A stretch of DNA of 64,000 nucleotides, from assembly GCF_963921235.1 (NCBI RefSeq), contig NC_086097.1:74030001-74094000 (forward strand). Reading direction: 5' to 3'. The DNA comes from Mobula hypostoma. Lineage: Eukaryota. A model generated the notes under the pieces. It was not told the origin of the DNA and searched no databases. It was given only the letters and a program-made list of their open reading frames with translations. Of this stretch, positions 1 to 13,669 are shown one piece after another. Made by a program: the position numbers and the translations under genes. How positions within the stretch are numbered: position 1 is the first letter of the stretch; every line of letters begins with the position of its first letter.

Positions 1-1449
1 GAAGAGTCTGTACTGCTTATGCGAGGGCACACATACAAAACTGATCATTCTGCAAGATTAACTGGAGAAGTGCAGTGAGGTTGCTGCAAAGCATTTGTTG
101 ATTTTACTGGTATTTAAATTTTATTTTGTAGCAAAGGTGTACTTGTACTAAGACAGCTCATGAGAAAAGCCTCCTTATCTGAGATTTTAGGTTGTACTAT
201 TTAAACACATATGGAAATATCATTTAACTTGTATGCAATACAGCGTCTCAATGCAAGTGTAAATGTTAACAGCAGAGTGTCATCTAGCATTCGTCCAATT
301 CTATGCTTACTCTTGCCAGGAATTCTGACTGCTGTTTTCCCTTTCTGTAAACTAATTTGAATAATTGGACACCCACTGTTAACCCTCTGAGATCAAATAA
401 CTTAACATCTACCAGGAACCAAATATAGGTCTTCTCAGAACCACGTCATCAGTGACAGCCACAAGACTCTGAAATAAAGGTTATTTCTGTGCAGATAGTA
501 TCTATATTACAGTGATAGCTTCAAACCTCTAATTGCACTTTTACCTATTGCTATTTATTTAATGTATTTCTATTGATACCATTTATTTCTCAATGGTTTA
601 AGAACTTTGCACATTTAACAGACTTGATGAATGTCTTTGTTATGAACGTACCTGTCAGGACTTAAATATAAACTACTATAATTCGGAAGAGGATTTCAGA
701 GGAAGAGTGTATATATCTTTGACAATTAATACACCCCCGAAGATGCTTCAAAGTTAAAAAGCCAATTCTGAGTTTGAACTGTATCTGAGACCAAGCCAGT
801 CACCAATTCCCGTTGATACAATATTGTGGTAATTCTGGAAGGATGTTTGATAGTTTCCACTTTAACTCGGCAGATATATGGTCAACTAATTTTTTCAACT
901 TCATCCTAACAAATTATGCTGCTACTTTAATGGATGCAGTTGCAAAAATATTCACCTTTAATATCTGACCCCCGTACAAGGAGTTTAGCCTTAAAAACCA
1001 GGTTCCCTCATCAATGAGATAACTGATGTATGGTCTTCCATATTTTACCTGTACCCCATATCCTGTAACACCTTGAAGAGGAAGCATCCATCAAAATCAG
1101 ATATAAAGTGAACAAATGATGCTGAAAAATCTGCTGATTCTTGAACAGCGATCAAAATATTTTACCACATAAAACATGTTCAAATGTCTCATTACATCCT
1201 TCCTGAAGAAAGCAGCTCCAATCTTGAGACAGTACTTGAAAGTCCAACAGAGACTAACATAAACTTGATGCTAACATAAGCTAACAGTACTTCATTTAAA
1301 AGCACTTTGCAGCCCTTTGCAACACACTATCAAATTGGATAACTTCAGGTAACTATTTTTTCCAGTTTGCATCACAACTGGACAGTTCTGGTGCATGCTC
1401 ATCTGGAATGTTAATCTACTTTTTCTCTTCGCTATAGACTGTCTAATCT

Positions 1450-2010
1450 GTAAGGCATTTCCATTACTCATGATAGACTGGGCCATACCCACTACTTTTT
1501 GTAGGAGTTTATGTTTAAGGGCATCGGTATTTCCAGACCAGTCTATGATGCAACCAGTCAGTATACTCTCTACTTCGCATCTATAGAAGTTTGTCAAAGT
1601 CTTAGATAACATGCTGAACCTTCACAAACATCTAAGAAAGTAGAGGTGCTGCTATGCACTCTTTGTAATGGCACTTACATGCTGGACGCAGGACAGATCC
1701 TCTGAAATATAATACCAAGGAATTTAAAGTTGCTGACCCTCTCCACCTCTGATCCTCTGATGAGGACTGGCTCATGGACTTCCGGTTTCCTCCACCTGCA
1801 GTCAATAATCAGCTCTTTGGTCTTGCTGACATTGAGTGAAAGGCTGTTGTTCTGGCACCACTCAGCTAGATTTTCAATCTCACTCCTATATGCTGATTCA
1901 TTACCACCATTGATCCAGTCAAAGAGAGTGGTGTCATCAGCAGACTTAAATATGTCATTGGAGTGGTGCTTAGCCTCACAGTCATAAGTATAAGTGAGTA
2001 GAACAGCCCC
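1450..2010 (-). mobile_element. Rex1/Babar-type LINE, degenerate RT C-terminal fragment
   Basis: Minus-strand peptides KSADDTT, LNVSKTKELIID and KTLTNFYRCEVESILTGCI are typical of this clade. Confidence 0.8.
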
Positions 2011-2089
2011 TAATATTACTCAATCTCTCCCAGCATCCTTAGCATTTTTGTTCTAAATCTAAAAAATGCTTATCCTTCTTTAGATAAAT

Positions 2090-2395
2090 TTATTTATTTA
2101 TTTGGAGATACAGTGTGGAATAGACCCTGCCGGCCCTTGGAGCTGCACTCCCCAGCATCTCCCGACAACACCCGATGTAATCCTAACATACTGATGGGAC
2201 AATTTACAACAACCAATTAACCTACTAACCTGTATATCTTTGGACTGTGGGAAGAAATCGGAGCACCCAGCGAAAACCCACACTTTCCACAGGGAGGACG
2301 TACTAACTCCTTACGGAGGATGGAGAGAATGAACTCTGAACTCCGAAGCCGCAAGCTATAATAGCATCGTGCTAACTACAACACAACCTTGGCGT
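2090..2395 (-). mobile_element. tRNA-derived V-type (HE1-like) SINE
   Basis: The minus strand has a tRNA-like head, the V-domain-like GGGTGCTCCGATTTCTTCCCACAGTCCAAAGA and an (AAAT)n tail. A homologous copy lies at 57885-58180. Confidence 0.75.
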
Positions 2396-2829
2396 AAAAT
2401 ATTGAACATGACAAACTGCCCTTGGCATCTGAATGGTGTGCTAAGCTGTTCTACAGAGTACTGAAAATCAAGCACACTGCTGAGCCTGGTGACACATAAA
2501 GGCACGACTAAGTAAGGATGATAAATTTCATCTCCTGAAAGACATCAATAGACTAAGTGGGTTATTCTGAAAATCTGATTGAGCAGGGGTCATCACTGCT
2601 TAGCACAAGTCTTTTAAAAATCTCAAATAAGAACTTAAATTGTACAACTGCCATGGTGAAATTTTGAACTCCATTTTCTGTATTGTTACCTCTGGTTCAG
2701 TAGTCTGGTAATGGAATTGCTGTATCACCACTCCTATAAAGCTCTCTCTAAAGCCCTGCACAATCTCAGCAAGGCATCTTTACTGCTGTACTTCCTTTTA
2801 ATAAGTCATTTGCTTTGGGAGGAATTTAC

Positions 2830-3670
2830 AGAGGTACAGGAGAATCTAAACAGTAGTATTTTGAAGAGGCTACATGAGCACAGGGACCCAGTGATGCGTA
2901 TTCGCAGATCTTTGAAGATGCTATGGCAAGTTGAGATGACAGTTAAAAAATGCATAAGGCACCTGGCTTTGTAAATCAAAGCAATGAACACAAAACCAAG
3001 CATGTAATGTTAACATGCTGCAAGGGGCTAGTTATACACGAGCTGTAGTATCATGTAAAATTTTGAGAACCTGCACTTTAGGCTGGTTGGAGAAACCCCC
3101 TGGAGAGGTACAGACAAGATTTTCAAGGATGACACCAGGGATGCAGTTTGAAGGACAAATGAGGAGAGGCAACATTAAGTAGGTGGTAGAATTTTAAAGA
3201 GAGTGCAGGAACAAACCTGGGCGGCTGAGGGTAGATGAAACTTTGAAGGCTGCAAAACAACTCGCGAAGGCTGTTAAAAAAGCATTTTAAACAAAGTCCT
3301 GGCTTTTTTTTAACAGAAGCAAGGAGGACAACAGCAAGAGATTTATGTTGAATCATTATAAAACACTTTGACAGGATAAATAAGGAGAAATTGATTGCAG
3401 TGATAGAAGGTTCAGAACTAAATGACACAGATTTAAAATGACTGCTGAAGGAACTAAAGGTGACATAGGAAGCTTCCTTTTTATCAGTGGGTCATTCACA
3501 TCTGAAGCACAACCTGGAAGGAAATTCAATGGCAATTTTCTAAAAGGATAAGCATTTAAAAAGAAAATTATTACTGGGATAAGAACACAGGACAGGATAA
3601 ATGCATAGATTTTTCGAGAACCAGCAAGAATACAATGGATCAAATAGCCTTCTCCAGTGCTGCGAAGTTA
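2830..3670 (+). mobile_element. Degenerate CR1 LINE 3' region
   Basis: Decayed CR1 C-terminal motifs (LALxIKAMxTK, LVIHELxY) and a CR1-like 3' end. Confidence 0.55.
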
Positions 3671-4384
3671 ATGATGTTCTTCAGTTATGAAGATGTATTA
3701 GGCAAAATGCAATTGATCATCTCTGAGCAGACAGAGTTGAGAAGAAGCTTAATTGAGAACCTTAGACTCACGAAAATTTCTTCCATTTCCTCTGGCAGGT
3801 GAATTGGCAACCAAAAGTCACAAATCTAATACAATTGGCCAAAGAACTAGACAGGAAACTAGGATATTAGTGAGAAATTAAGGTCAGGAATGCATTATCT
3901 ATAATTCTACAGGAATTTACCAACGGCAAATTGACAAATTTGAAGAGAATTAATTTGTAAAGTTATGAAAGAAATATTGATGTATGAAACAGATTTAGAC
4001 AGTTCTATCAAAAGTACAGCACAGGCTCCTTCACAGCAGTAAGCTTCTATGATCCCAAGTGGATTAAAAATATTATTAGTTTTTAAATACAGTGTTTTCA
4101 TTTGTGTTTTTTTCATTGATTATCCATTATTAATTAAAGTATATTACTATATTTTGGTTAATAACTTACCAGTGTCAGAAGGATTAGTTGAGGTGAGATG
4201 CCAGGTGACCTGTGGTTTTGATATCTCTCTGTAATTGTCATTTTCTATGTTAATCTCCAGATTGAAGCAGGATGAACAAGGCTGCAGAGCTCCAAGTACT
4301 ATGCGAGAAGGAACATGCTTTAAAAAAAAGGTCAGTTAAAAATTAATTTCATCTTCATGTAAAATATGTAAATGCATATAGCTC

Positions 4385-5073
4385 TAGATTAGATTAAATT
4401 AGATTATGAGGACACTCAGTCCTCGTTTATGTCATTTAGAAACGCATGTATTAAAAAATGATACAACGTTCTTCCAGAATGATATCACAAGAAAAACACA
4501 GGACAAACCAAGACTAAAACTGACAAAACCACATAATTATAACATATAGTTACAACAGTGTAAAACAATACCATAATTTGATAAAGAACAGACCATGGGC
4601 ACAGTAAAAAAAAGTCTCAAAGTCCCAATAGACTCATCATCTCACGCAGGCAGCAAAAGGGAGAAACTTTCCCTGCCATGAACCTCCAAATGCTACCAAC
4701 TTGCCAATGCAGCACCATTGGAAGCACCCGACCACAGCGGACTCAGAATTCCTCCGAAAACTTCGAGCCTCCGACCAGCCCCTCTAACACAGCCTCTCCG
4801 AGCACCATCCTCTGCCGAGTGCTTCGACCCTGCCCCGGCTGCCGAGCAATAAGTAAAGCTGAGGACTCGGGGCCTTCTCTTCCGGAGATTCTGGACCACA
4901 CAGTAGCAGCAGCAGTGAAGCAGGCATTTCAGAAGTTTCACCAGATGTTCCTCCGTGCTCTCACATCCGTCTCCATCAAATCAGGATTGTGCACGGCACC
5001 CTACTTGAGAAATAACAGACATCACCACCGGAGTGGCCACTGCGAGCAGCGTCGCATTGCCATCTTCTCCTCT
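4385..5073 (-). mobile_element. ~690-bp non-autonomous retroposon, copy 1
   Basis: Starts GAGGAGAAGATGGC and ends CCTCATAATCTAATTTAATCTAATCTA. Homologous at both ends to 34244-34930. Confidence 0.8.
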
Positions 5074-7233
5074 ATTACAACAAAGCTATTTTTGTGGCTT
5101 TCCAAAGTGATAGAAACTGGACAGAACTGATGGACATGGCAGAACATGACTAAGGGGACACTTAGTCTTCAGAGAACTTCACGAAATCGCTGTTACAGTG
5201 TTCAAATTAAGCAGCAGGAGGTCACTACTGGGGAGGCATGTTAATCATCCATTTAACTGCTCATAGGAGAAACATACCAGAGGGGTGAGAAGGAAGTCCA
5301 AGTTTTTCTTACAAGGCATTCAATCCACAAGAAATGCAAAAAAGAGTGCCTTCCTATTTGGATTCTGCCTGGTGGTGATAGTGAAGGAAAGGTGGGGGAG
5401 GGGTTCATATTGAACTATTAGTTTCAACTTGAGTACTAATTCTGGAATTTGCAGCCATTTTGACTCAATATACTATGCCCCGAAGATCTTAAAATAAATG
5501 TATTGGCTATAATTGTTATCTGTCATAAGTATCACAATGTCATGCTTCTTCATAAATTTCTAATTTTTGCACAACAATGAGAAACTTCTTATTTAAATAA
5601 TTGTGCTGTGACGTACGTGTAATCTATCAAGACACTGTTTTACTATTTACATAAAATTGCATTTCCATTAGTAGTGTTAGATACAGAAAATATTCCAAAA
5701 ACATAATTACCTCAATTTAAGTTGCAAGAAGTTTGAAGAATAGCTTTACTATTGCATTATGCAGAACATTAAGGGATGTGTAGATTCCAAATTGTGCTGA
5801 ATCATAGAAGCATTATACTACAGAGGGTAATTTGGCCCACAAAGTCTAATGTGGCTCCCTGTAGACCAATCTGCCTATGTTATTCCTCCTCCCTTTATAA
5901 CAAAGTGTACTTAATGCAAATTTAAATAAGTATGTCCTAAACTATACAAAGGCCATCAAATTCTTCTTGAAAGCCTTGCTTGTCTCTGCATTCACCACCC
6001 ATCCAGAGATTTCTAGACCATAACCATTCTTTACTTCTGGTTCTTCACAATCCAGTCTTCATTTTCAGTCAAGTCACGGTTGGTGTTCATCTCTGTTAAA
6101 TTTCCCCTCAGCAACAGATTTTTTTTGATCAAGCTCTTATTTAGTTAGCATAAAAAATGAAAGCAAAACAACTTCTTACCAAAATAAACAAATCAAATCC
6201 TCAAACCATCCTTAAGATTCTGTATACCAACAATGCTGGTGGTTAACTACAGATTCAGCACCATTTTAATTTACATCAAAATAAAACTGGCTAATTTATG
6301 GTCTGGCAAACAATGCTATGCTCCTACAGTACACAGTAAATGTAATACAATCTGCAATGAAATCCAAAACAAGGCGAGTGCAAACTCCATTACATTGGAC
6401 TAGTATCCAGAAGTACTACCTGCAATCACAGCTGCTTTTGTGATTCACAATTTCAACATTCAATCCCAAATCTCCCAGGATTACAATTTTTATGTTCATT
6501 ACAATTCAACATAATCTTTTCAAATTCAATCACTGAACCACATCCCTGTAAACAACTATACTACCTACATTATGAGTTTAAGAGTTTTCACGCCGAACAC
6601 CAGTACAGATCTGGGAGCAACCACATTCAAAATTGAACTAGTTTAAAGAAGTGCATAATTTGCTTACTTTTGATCAAATTAATTTGTACACGACCACATA
6701 TTCAATGGATCTGTGTAACTTAGCATAGTATAAGACATACTTATTTAAAATTTTGCATCAAACGTCCTTTGATATATTCAAAAGTGGCAACTTCAACTCT
6801 GCTGGAAAAGAGGCTGTCACAAAAAAGCAAGAAGTTAGTCTTTGATTGCACATGCTGAACATCCACTCGACAAAACTCAAAGATTCAGTTCAAATGACTT
6901 TAATGGAATCCAATATCCAGGTGCGTAGAAACATTCTGCTTCTACTCTCCTACACATTTAATTAATAGCAGCAGCTAAAGTTCTCCAAAAGGGTCAAGTT
7001 TATAAAGTAAGGTAATTTTAATATGACTAAAAAAATCCATACAAAACAATTCAGTGGTTACACAATGTTACACTAGTCAGTTTGCAAATGAAAGAAATTG
7101 AAACTTTAAAAAATATATTTACCAATATCCCTGCATTTAAAGAAAAATCTGAATTTGAATTTGAATCTCATCAAATCCATGTACATAAGCAAGGAACTCG
7201 CCATGATAATTCACCTGATCAAGCTTTGAAACT

Positions 7234-7287
7234 TCATAAAAAATGTGAACTTCTGCAAACATTATATTTTGTTTCCAATATGACATT
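7234..7287 (-). CDS. DPH6: Candidate short terminal DPH6 exon: NVILETKYNVCRSSHFL*
   Basis: An acceptor-like tcaaattttccag lies ~900 bp downstream of the KPQ donor, followed by 17 phase-0 codons and TGA. Sequence homology is not convincing, so this is tentative. Confidence 0.3.
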   Translation of the reverse strand, partial: NVILETKYNVCRSSHFL

Positions 7288-7349
7288 CTGGAAAATTTGA
7301 TAAATTATGATCAGAATGTTTTTACATCCAGAAATGTAAAAGTATTTAG

Positions 7350-7730
7350 AAATGAATTCCACCAAGAGGACCACAACTTTGTTGTGGTTTGGAGGCTTGT
7401 ATGCCTCAATGACTCAGAGAGCTATTCTGGCTGGAATCAGGGCTTTATGCTTCGGTTTTTGATAGGGTCACCCATGCCATACAGGTCAAAGGGTAGAGGC
7501 CAGATTAAGGGCGGTCTACCTGTCCTCTGGGTTTGGGGGTTCATCTCAGGGCAATAACGCTGACTAGTCAAGCAAAACTGTTATGGAAACAGCAGTGAAG
7601 AATTCTTCAACATCTGTGTGTGATGGCATTCCTGAGTCTCCACTTGGGACTTGTACAGCTAACAGCAGTGAAAACCAACAGGAAGCTACTAGCACAATAA
7701 AGGAAGCCCTGAACATGACCAAGATCAAGA
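7350..7730 (+). mobile_element. Probable RTE-type LINE 5' region fragment
   Basis: GC-richer block resembling RTE 5' UTR sequence. Recognised by pattern only. Confidence 0.4.
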
Positions 7731-8186
7731 CCAAAATGGGTAATTTCTCCTAACATAGATTTTAGCATCTCAAAGTCAAAAGTCAAAGTAAAATTTATTA
7801 TCAAAGTACGCATTAGTTCCCATATATTTCCTTGACATTCACCTTCTTGCAGCCATTTACAGGAAAGTAAAATATAATAGAATTTATGTAAAAATATACA
7901 TAAACAAAGACTGACAAACAACTTAACAATAACAACTCTGTAATACACTGTATTCACACAGTTAAACTATAAAACAAATAATCCCACATTCTGCTAATAA
8001 ATTCTGTACACTTGTGCAGAGATTTTGCCCTTGCAATTGCTGTTTTATGAATCTAAACTCAGCTTATATTTAGAAATATTTTAAATCAATCCAATATACT
8101 AGTCACCTTTGCATTAAGTATATCTACATTATGGCATAGATAGATACATTCTACTTCACAAAAATAACATAGTTATTTATACCTAC

Positions 8187-8280
8187 CTGGGGTTTATCCT
8201 CCAGATGCAAGTTCAATAAACGAAGATAGCCCACTGGTGCAAACGCATCAGCAGAATGAACAACAACATCAGAGGAATCA
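8187..8280 (-). CDS. DPH6: DPH6 coding exon (94 bp): (I)DSSDVVVHSADAFAPVGYLRLLNLHLEDKPQ
   Basis: ttttaaacag|TGATTCC...AAACCCCAG|gtaggt. The first T completes ATT begun in the previous exon. Matches recalled human DSSEVVIHSADAFAPVAYLRFLELHLEDK. Confidence 0.96.
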
Positions 8281-9743
8281 CTGTTTAAAATAAAAACATA
8301 ATTGTAAGCATGCCGATAGAATCACCAGAAAACGTTACATTGACAGCACAAGCAATGTATCATGTTAAGTTAGTAGTTCATAGTCAATATTGACTGGTTG
8401 TGTTACTCATTAAGGAAAATGTGCAAAAGTTCTAAATATTCTGAATCCACTTTTGAAGTTCTGTTGGTTACATGCATTATAAAAATCTTGCAACATTATT
8501 TCTAAATACGACGTTTTCTAAAACACTTCTCAACATATTTGTTCCAAGAAGTAACGCCGGCTCATTTTCTCTTCTTTTATAAAGCACATCACCATCTGAA
8601 CAAAGGCAAGAGGCACTGTTTGCATTAAGATTCTCTATCACTCCAATTAAGCTGTCCATTTAGTGAAAGACACAATTAAGTCTGACAGTAATGGGGAAAA
8701 GGTGCAATTTTCTGCCTTTTTAAAAATGATTTCAACATTTTATTCATTTGCTTCTGCTTTCTGTCCCATTCCAGATTCCACATTTTTTAGCCCTTATGAC
8801 TTGCCTTTCATTACAATCAATACAAGCTACATCAGAGAACTCCCATTATAAACAACTACTGGCCCTATTTTGTATCTGGTTGCTTTTAAATTGGCTTTCT
8901 CATCACTTTCTCCATATTATATACATTCATTGCTTCTAGATTTCGTTTCTACCCTGTTGCAGATTTGAAAAGATAGGGTTTCTGTTGGAATGATATCTCC
9001 TGACTTACACTGGTCTCAGTTTGACAGCTATCCTGCCTCTAGAGATCATGGGAACAAACTGATGATCTCATGGCTTCCAAAGAGACTCCACCACAGTTAC
9101 TTATATTCCTACATGTGCGAATAAGCTGCAGGCAGGGCTACAAGCAAATAAGAAGGGGCTAATGGAATGGATGGGATTGCTCTGTGGGACTGGTATTGTG
9201 GGACTGGTATTGAGTAACTGGATGAGTAGCCTTCTCCTTTGTTGGTAGGAGATAATTACTTATATTTAAGGCAGCATTTTTTTAGTTCTTTTAATGTTAG
9301 CATACATTTAGTGTAGAACAATTACAGAATTTAATGATGAAGATTTCTCATGAATGGTCAGCATTGCAAAATGTCAGCTTAAATCTCCTTAACCAAATAA
9401 ATAACTCCAGCACTTCCAACTGTACTTCACATCCGCAATATAGATTGAAAATTACAGCAGGAATACGAGATGTGTTTGAGAAGAATAGGATGAAATCGAA
9501 TCCAGAGTATCCAATTTTATATCAAAATAAGGACCACAATAAACAGTTAGGACGTTGACTGGAATCCTGATCCTCCAATATAATTGTAGGGCTGGCTCCA
9601 CGACACGCCACTTATTAGCAAAGCCTGAAAACAAGTGCCTGGGCAACACTGCATCTTTAGATGAAGAACTGTGAATGGAGCTGAACACTGCTTTCAATAA
9701 ACCCTTACTTATGCCATATAATGAACGGAGGGTCATTGATGGT

Positions 9744-10470
9744 GTAACACCCTGGTTAAGATTTTTACTACTATGCTGTAGGTATTTCATTTTAGCAGTT
9801 CTGTAAGAGCAGTCTGTTCTACTTTTAGCCAGTTTGGGATTGAGCTGAGAAAAGAGGCTTTGTTGTTCAACTTAGGAATGTGGTGTCAGCCATTCAGGAT
9901 GTAGAATTGGGAAAAGGTTCTGGAGAACAGTGGTGTGGGGAGGTTTTTTTCTGGCGGGAGCTGTGAGAAGACAAGAGGAAGGATGGCTGAGAATGCCATC
10001 CCTGTTACACAAGATGCTTTGTGCAGATGAATGGCTTTAAGGAGGAAGGACCAATTCTCCTGTGGGAGACTCATTATTCGAAATAAATTTCAGGTGACAT
10101 TCGAAAGGTGGTATGTCCTTTCACCCAGACCGAGGGTCCACTGTGCAAGTTACAGTTAAGTTCAAGATGAGCTCCAACTTAAGTGGACATTTGACTGTTT
10201 AAGAATAATGGGCCCTTTTTGTTTTTTGTCTTTCCAGTAATAACTGTTTGCTTAAGTTAACATCCTTAAATATACTTCTTTATAATTTAATGCAGTGTAT
10301 GATCTGGTATTTCTGTCAATGGGCGATTGCCGGGGCAGTGAACCACACAACATTCATACAAACCGGGGCTTGGGTGGGCGCGAGACATACCAACCTCACG
10401 GATTTGGCGAGACCAAAATTGTATACACGCCAGACATACGAAGCCTGAGAAAGGTGGATTTCTCGCCGTG
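9744..10470. mobile_element. Possible LTR fragment
   Basis: Begins TGTAACACCC and is richer in GC and CpG than its flanks. No matching 3' end or TSD seen. Confidence 0.3.
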
Positions 10471-11294
10471 GAGTCCAGTGGCTATTAGCAAAGGGCTAAT
10501 GCGCCACATTTGCAGAGACACCCAAGAAAAAAGGGATTTCAATGGGGCTTGTCATGACTAGCTTGCTGATGTCAGCTGTGCCTTCAGATGGCTGGGCCTT
10601 AATCATTTTAGCCCTTCATTCTCTTAAGGCCCTTCAACTGAATTTGCCTTAATGTATTTCTGGCTAATAGAGTTAAGGGGGAAATCAAGTGGTTGTAAAG
10701 CATATTATAGTAAAAATACATAAACACAGAAAGGAAACAGTGGAGGAACAACCAAGAACCACAATCACAAAGAGCTTGAGGTTGCCAATCCAACTGATGG
10801 TTGCTGCAGGCAATTGGCCAAGGTGGAAAAGTATCAGAAGCTTTATCTTCAAGAAGTATTGGGAAGAAGGGACAGATTATAGTCACAAGCAGAATAGAGA
10901 GACCTGCTAAAAGAAACGTCAGGCAAAGACAATGACTAGAGGAAGAAGAAATGAACAGGGAAAGGAAAGTGTAGCTCCACAACAGTGGGTGGGATTCAGA
11001 TTTAACTCACTTTTCTGTAAGAGGCCAAGTGGTACAAAAAGCTAAAAATAAATTGTTGTGTAAAAAAAATTACAAATGCTTTGACCAAAAAGTAAAAGCA
11101 TTCTGAACAACATATTAAATGGAGACATATTTTTCTCTCAGAGTGTTCAAATTGGAACGCTACCTGTTAAGTACTTGGCAGGGTCTTGAAAACATATGCC
11201 AACCAAATGGTTGGAACATCTAAGGACATTTTCAATCTCTCAATGCTATAGAAAAAGGTTCCCATCTGCTTCAAAAGGGCATCAAATATACCAG

Positions 11295-13551
11295 TGCAGG
11301 TTTTTGCAAATAAAATGAAGTGAGGTGTTTTATGTTGAATGAAACTGGTAACACCTTTTATTGAATTTCAAAACCTACACAAAAAAGTGTGCTAAAACTC
11401 TTTACGTAATAACATCCTTACTTCAGACCAGTCTCTTAAAGCGAAACCCTAACTCAATGTCAGTGGTTATGAATTATGTACATTTTCATCAATTATGTTA
11501 CCCTACAGAGCCCTCCCTCCCACCCTCCCTAAATTCACTAAATCCGGCCTAGAGCCATGGTGTGATGTAGCCTAACGCCGAGGTTCTGGGCCATCGCAGC
11601 CCAGAGGTCTGATATGAACTGGGGACCAAAGTCAGAAGAAATATCAGATGGTGTGCCAAATCGAGCAATCCAGGTGCTAATTATCGCCCGAGCCACGACT
11701 GCGGCCATCGTCGATGCTAAAGGGACAACCTCTGGCTACCTGGTGGTACGTTCCACCATGGTAAGAAGGTGTGTGAAACCATTGGGGGGGGGGGGGGGAG
11801 AAAGAAGACCAATAAGGTCCACATCGACATGGTCAAACCGTCACTCAGGGACCTCAAAAGGTGCCAATAGGGCCTGAACATGACGGTTAATTTTTGCCTG
11901 CTGGCATTTCACACAGACTGCACTCCAATTACGCATGTCCTTTTGGAGGCCACTCCAAATAAACTTTAGTGCAAACAGCTTCTGTGAGGCCTTCAGGCCC
12001 AGATGAGAGAGATTATGTATGGAGTCGAAAACAGCCCATCTCCAGTTTGTGGGCATGATGGGGTGAGAGCGACTGCTTGAGAGATCGCACAGGAGAGAAG
12101 CCCCAGCATCCGCAAACCTAATGTCAGCCAACCGTAGGCCTGTGACTGCTGTTCAATAAGCCTAGACCTCTGGGTCAGTAGCTTGGTCGGCTGCCACACC
12201 AGCATAATCAACTCCCGACTACATGCTGGTCATGAAAGGCAATCAGCCGCAGCATTGTTTTTCCCCTTGCTATGTTACATATCAGTTGTGAACTTGGATA
12301 TGTAGACCAGTTGGCATTGCTCGCGTGCAGAGCAATGGTCTGGCATTTTGGCCATCATGTGCATGAAGTCAACGAACATTGTTTGTGGTCAATGAATGCT
12401 GTGAAATGGTAACCCTCTAGAAGAAAACAAAAATGGCGGACAGTGAAATAGGGACCAAGAAGCTCATGGTCAAACGTGCTGTACTTCCTTCTGGGCGAAC
12501 GGAACCAGCAACTGAAGAAGTCGAGCGACTAATACATGCCTCCAACCAGCTGTTCACGCAAGCACCCACAGCACAGAATGAAGCGTCAGTAGAAATAACT
12601 GTGGGTGAGTTGGGGAGTGGGTCAGTAAGGTCACATTGGAAAGAGCTTGTTTGGTATCATCAAATGCTCTGGTCATGTCCACTGACCGGTCAAGCACTTG
12701 ATTAGGGGTATTGCCTTTAAGCGCGCTATACAGGGGAAGCACAAGCTTAACAGCTCACAGAATGAAGCGGTGATAGAAATTTACCATACCTTAAAACTCC
12801 TGCAGTTTTTTTGTAGTGAGGGGCAGTGAGAAATCCATAATAGCGGCTACTTTTGATGGGAGGGGTATTGTACCTTCTGCGGAAATGTGATACATGTTCA
12901 GATTTGGACGCACAAGTATGTTATCCAGGTGAACAAAAAGAAAATCTAAGTCTTTTAATACAGAATCCATCAGACGTTGGTAAGTCTGTGCTGCATTTTA
13001 CCAGTTGAAACAGCATGTGCAGAAACTCAGAAATGCCAAACAGGGTTATCACAGCTGTTTTGGAAATGTCCTCCGGGCAGACAGGCACCTGATGGTAGCC
13101 TCTAACTAGACTGACTTTAGAAAAAATTAACTTTCTAGCTGAATATGCCGAAAAGTCTTGAATGTGTGGGACCAAGTAACAATTGCTTAATGGGCCGAAT
13201 GGCCTAATTCTGCTCCTACATCTTATTGTCTTATGATTGGGGGTGGTGGCCTTGTTAATGCGTCAGTAGTCGCCATGTGGGTGGCACTGGCAGACTTAGG
13301 GACCATACAGATGCGTGAAGCCCAGGGGCTATTCGACTGGCGTACAATTCCAAGTCTATCCATATTGGCAAACTTGGCCTTTGTGGTTGCCAGTTTTTCT
13401 GGGTCCAATCTATGTGCGGGAGCATAAACAGGCAGGCCAGCTGTGGGAACATGATGCTCGACCCCATGTTTTGTGACTGTAGTGGAGAATGTGGGCTTGC
13501 AGAGTTCTGGGAACTTGCCTAGCAGTCAAGTAAATTCACATGTGGTGGTCC
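11295..13551 (-). mobile_element. Gypsy LTR retrotransposon remnant: pol (RT-RNaseH-INT) pseudogene, PPT and 3' LTR (11295-11507)
   Basis: RT motifs IVRQSNSPWAS and VPHIQDF...FSKVSLVRGYHQVPVCPEDISKTAVITLFG; integrase zinc finger HNLSHLG...CVKCQQAK. The RT-to-INT order is Gypsy-type. A purine tract AGGGAGGGTGGGAGGGAGGG directly precedes TGTAGGGTAAC on the minus strand. Confidence 0.9.
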
Positions 13552-13669
13552 ATGCTTTAACCAAAAGGTAAAAGCATTCTGAACAGAATATTAAATGGAG
13601 GCACATTCTACTCTCAGAATGTTCAAATTGGAACATTACCTGCTTAGTACTTGACACGGTCTTAAAAAC

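Noticed and set aside
914..931. Minus-strand IKVAA, matching an upstream DPH6 motif
   Set aside because: It is followed immediately by TAA, has no flanking similarity and is in the wrong exon order; a chance match.
4678..5130. 150-aa ORF, and the 144-aa ORF at 34393-34827
   Set aside because: They lie in opposite orientations relative to the same GC-rich repeat and are not conserved between copies.
6390..6430. Alternative terminal exon VVLLDTSPM*
   Set aside because: The acceptor lacks a polypyrimidine tract and there is no homology.
8477..8659. 60-aa minus-strand ORF near a DPH6 exon
   Set aside because: No DPH6 similarity, and the flanking exons already join seamlessly.
9183..9211. 14-bp tandem duplication TGTGGGACTGGTAT
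   Set aside because: Simple local slippage; only two units with no spacers, so not CRISPR-like.
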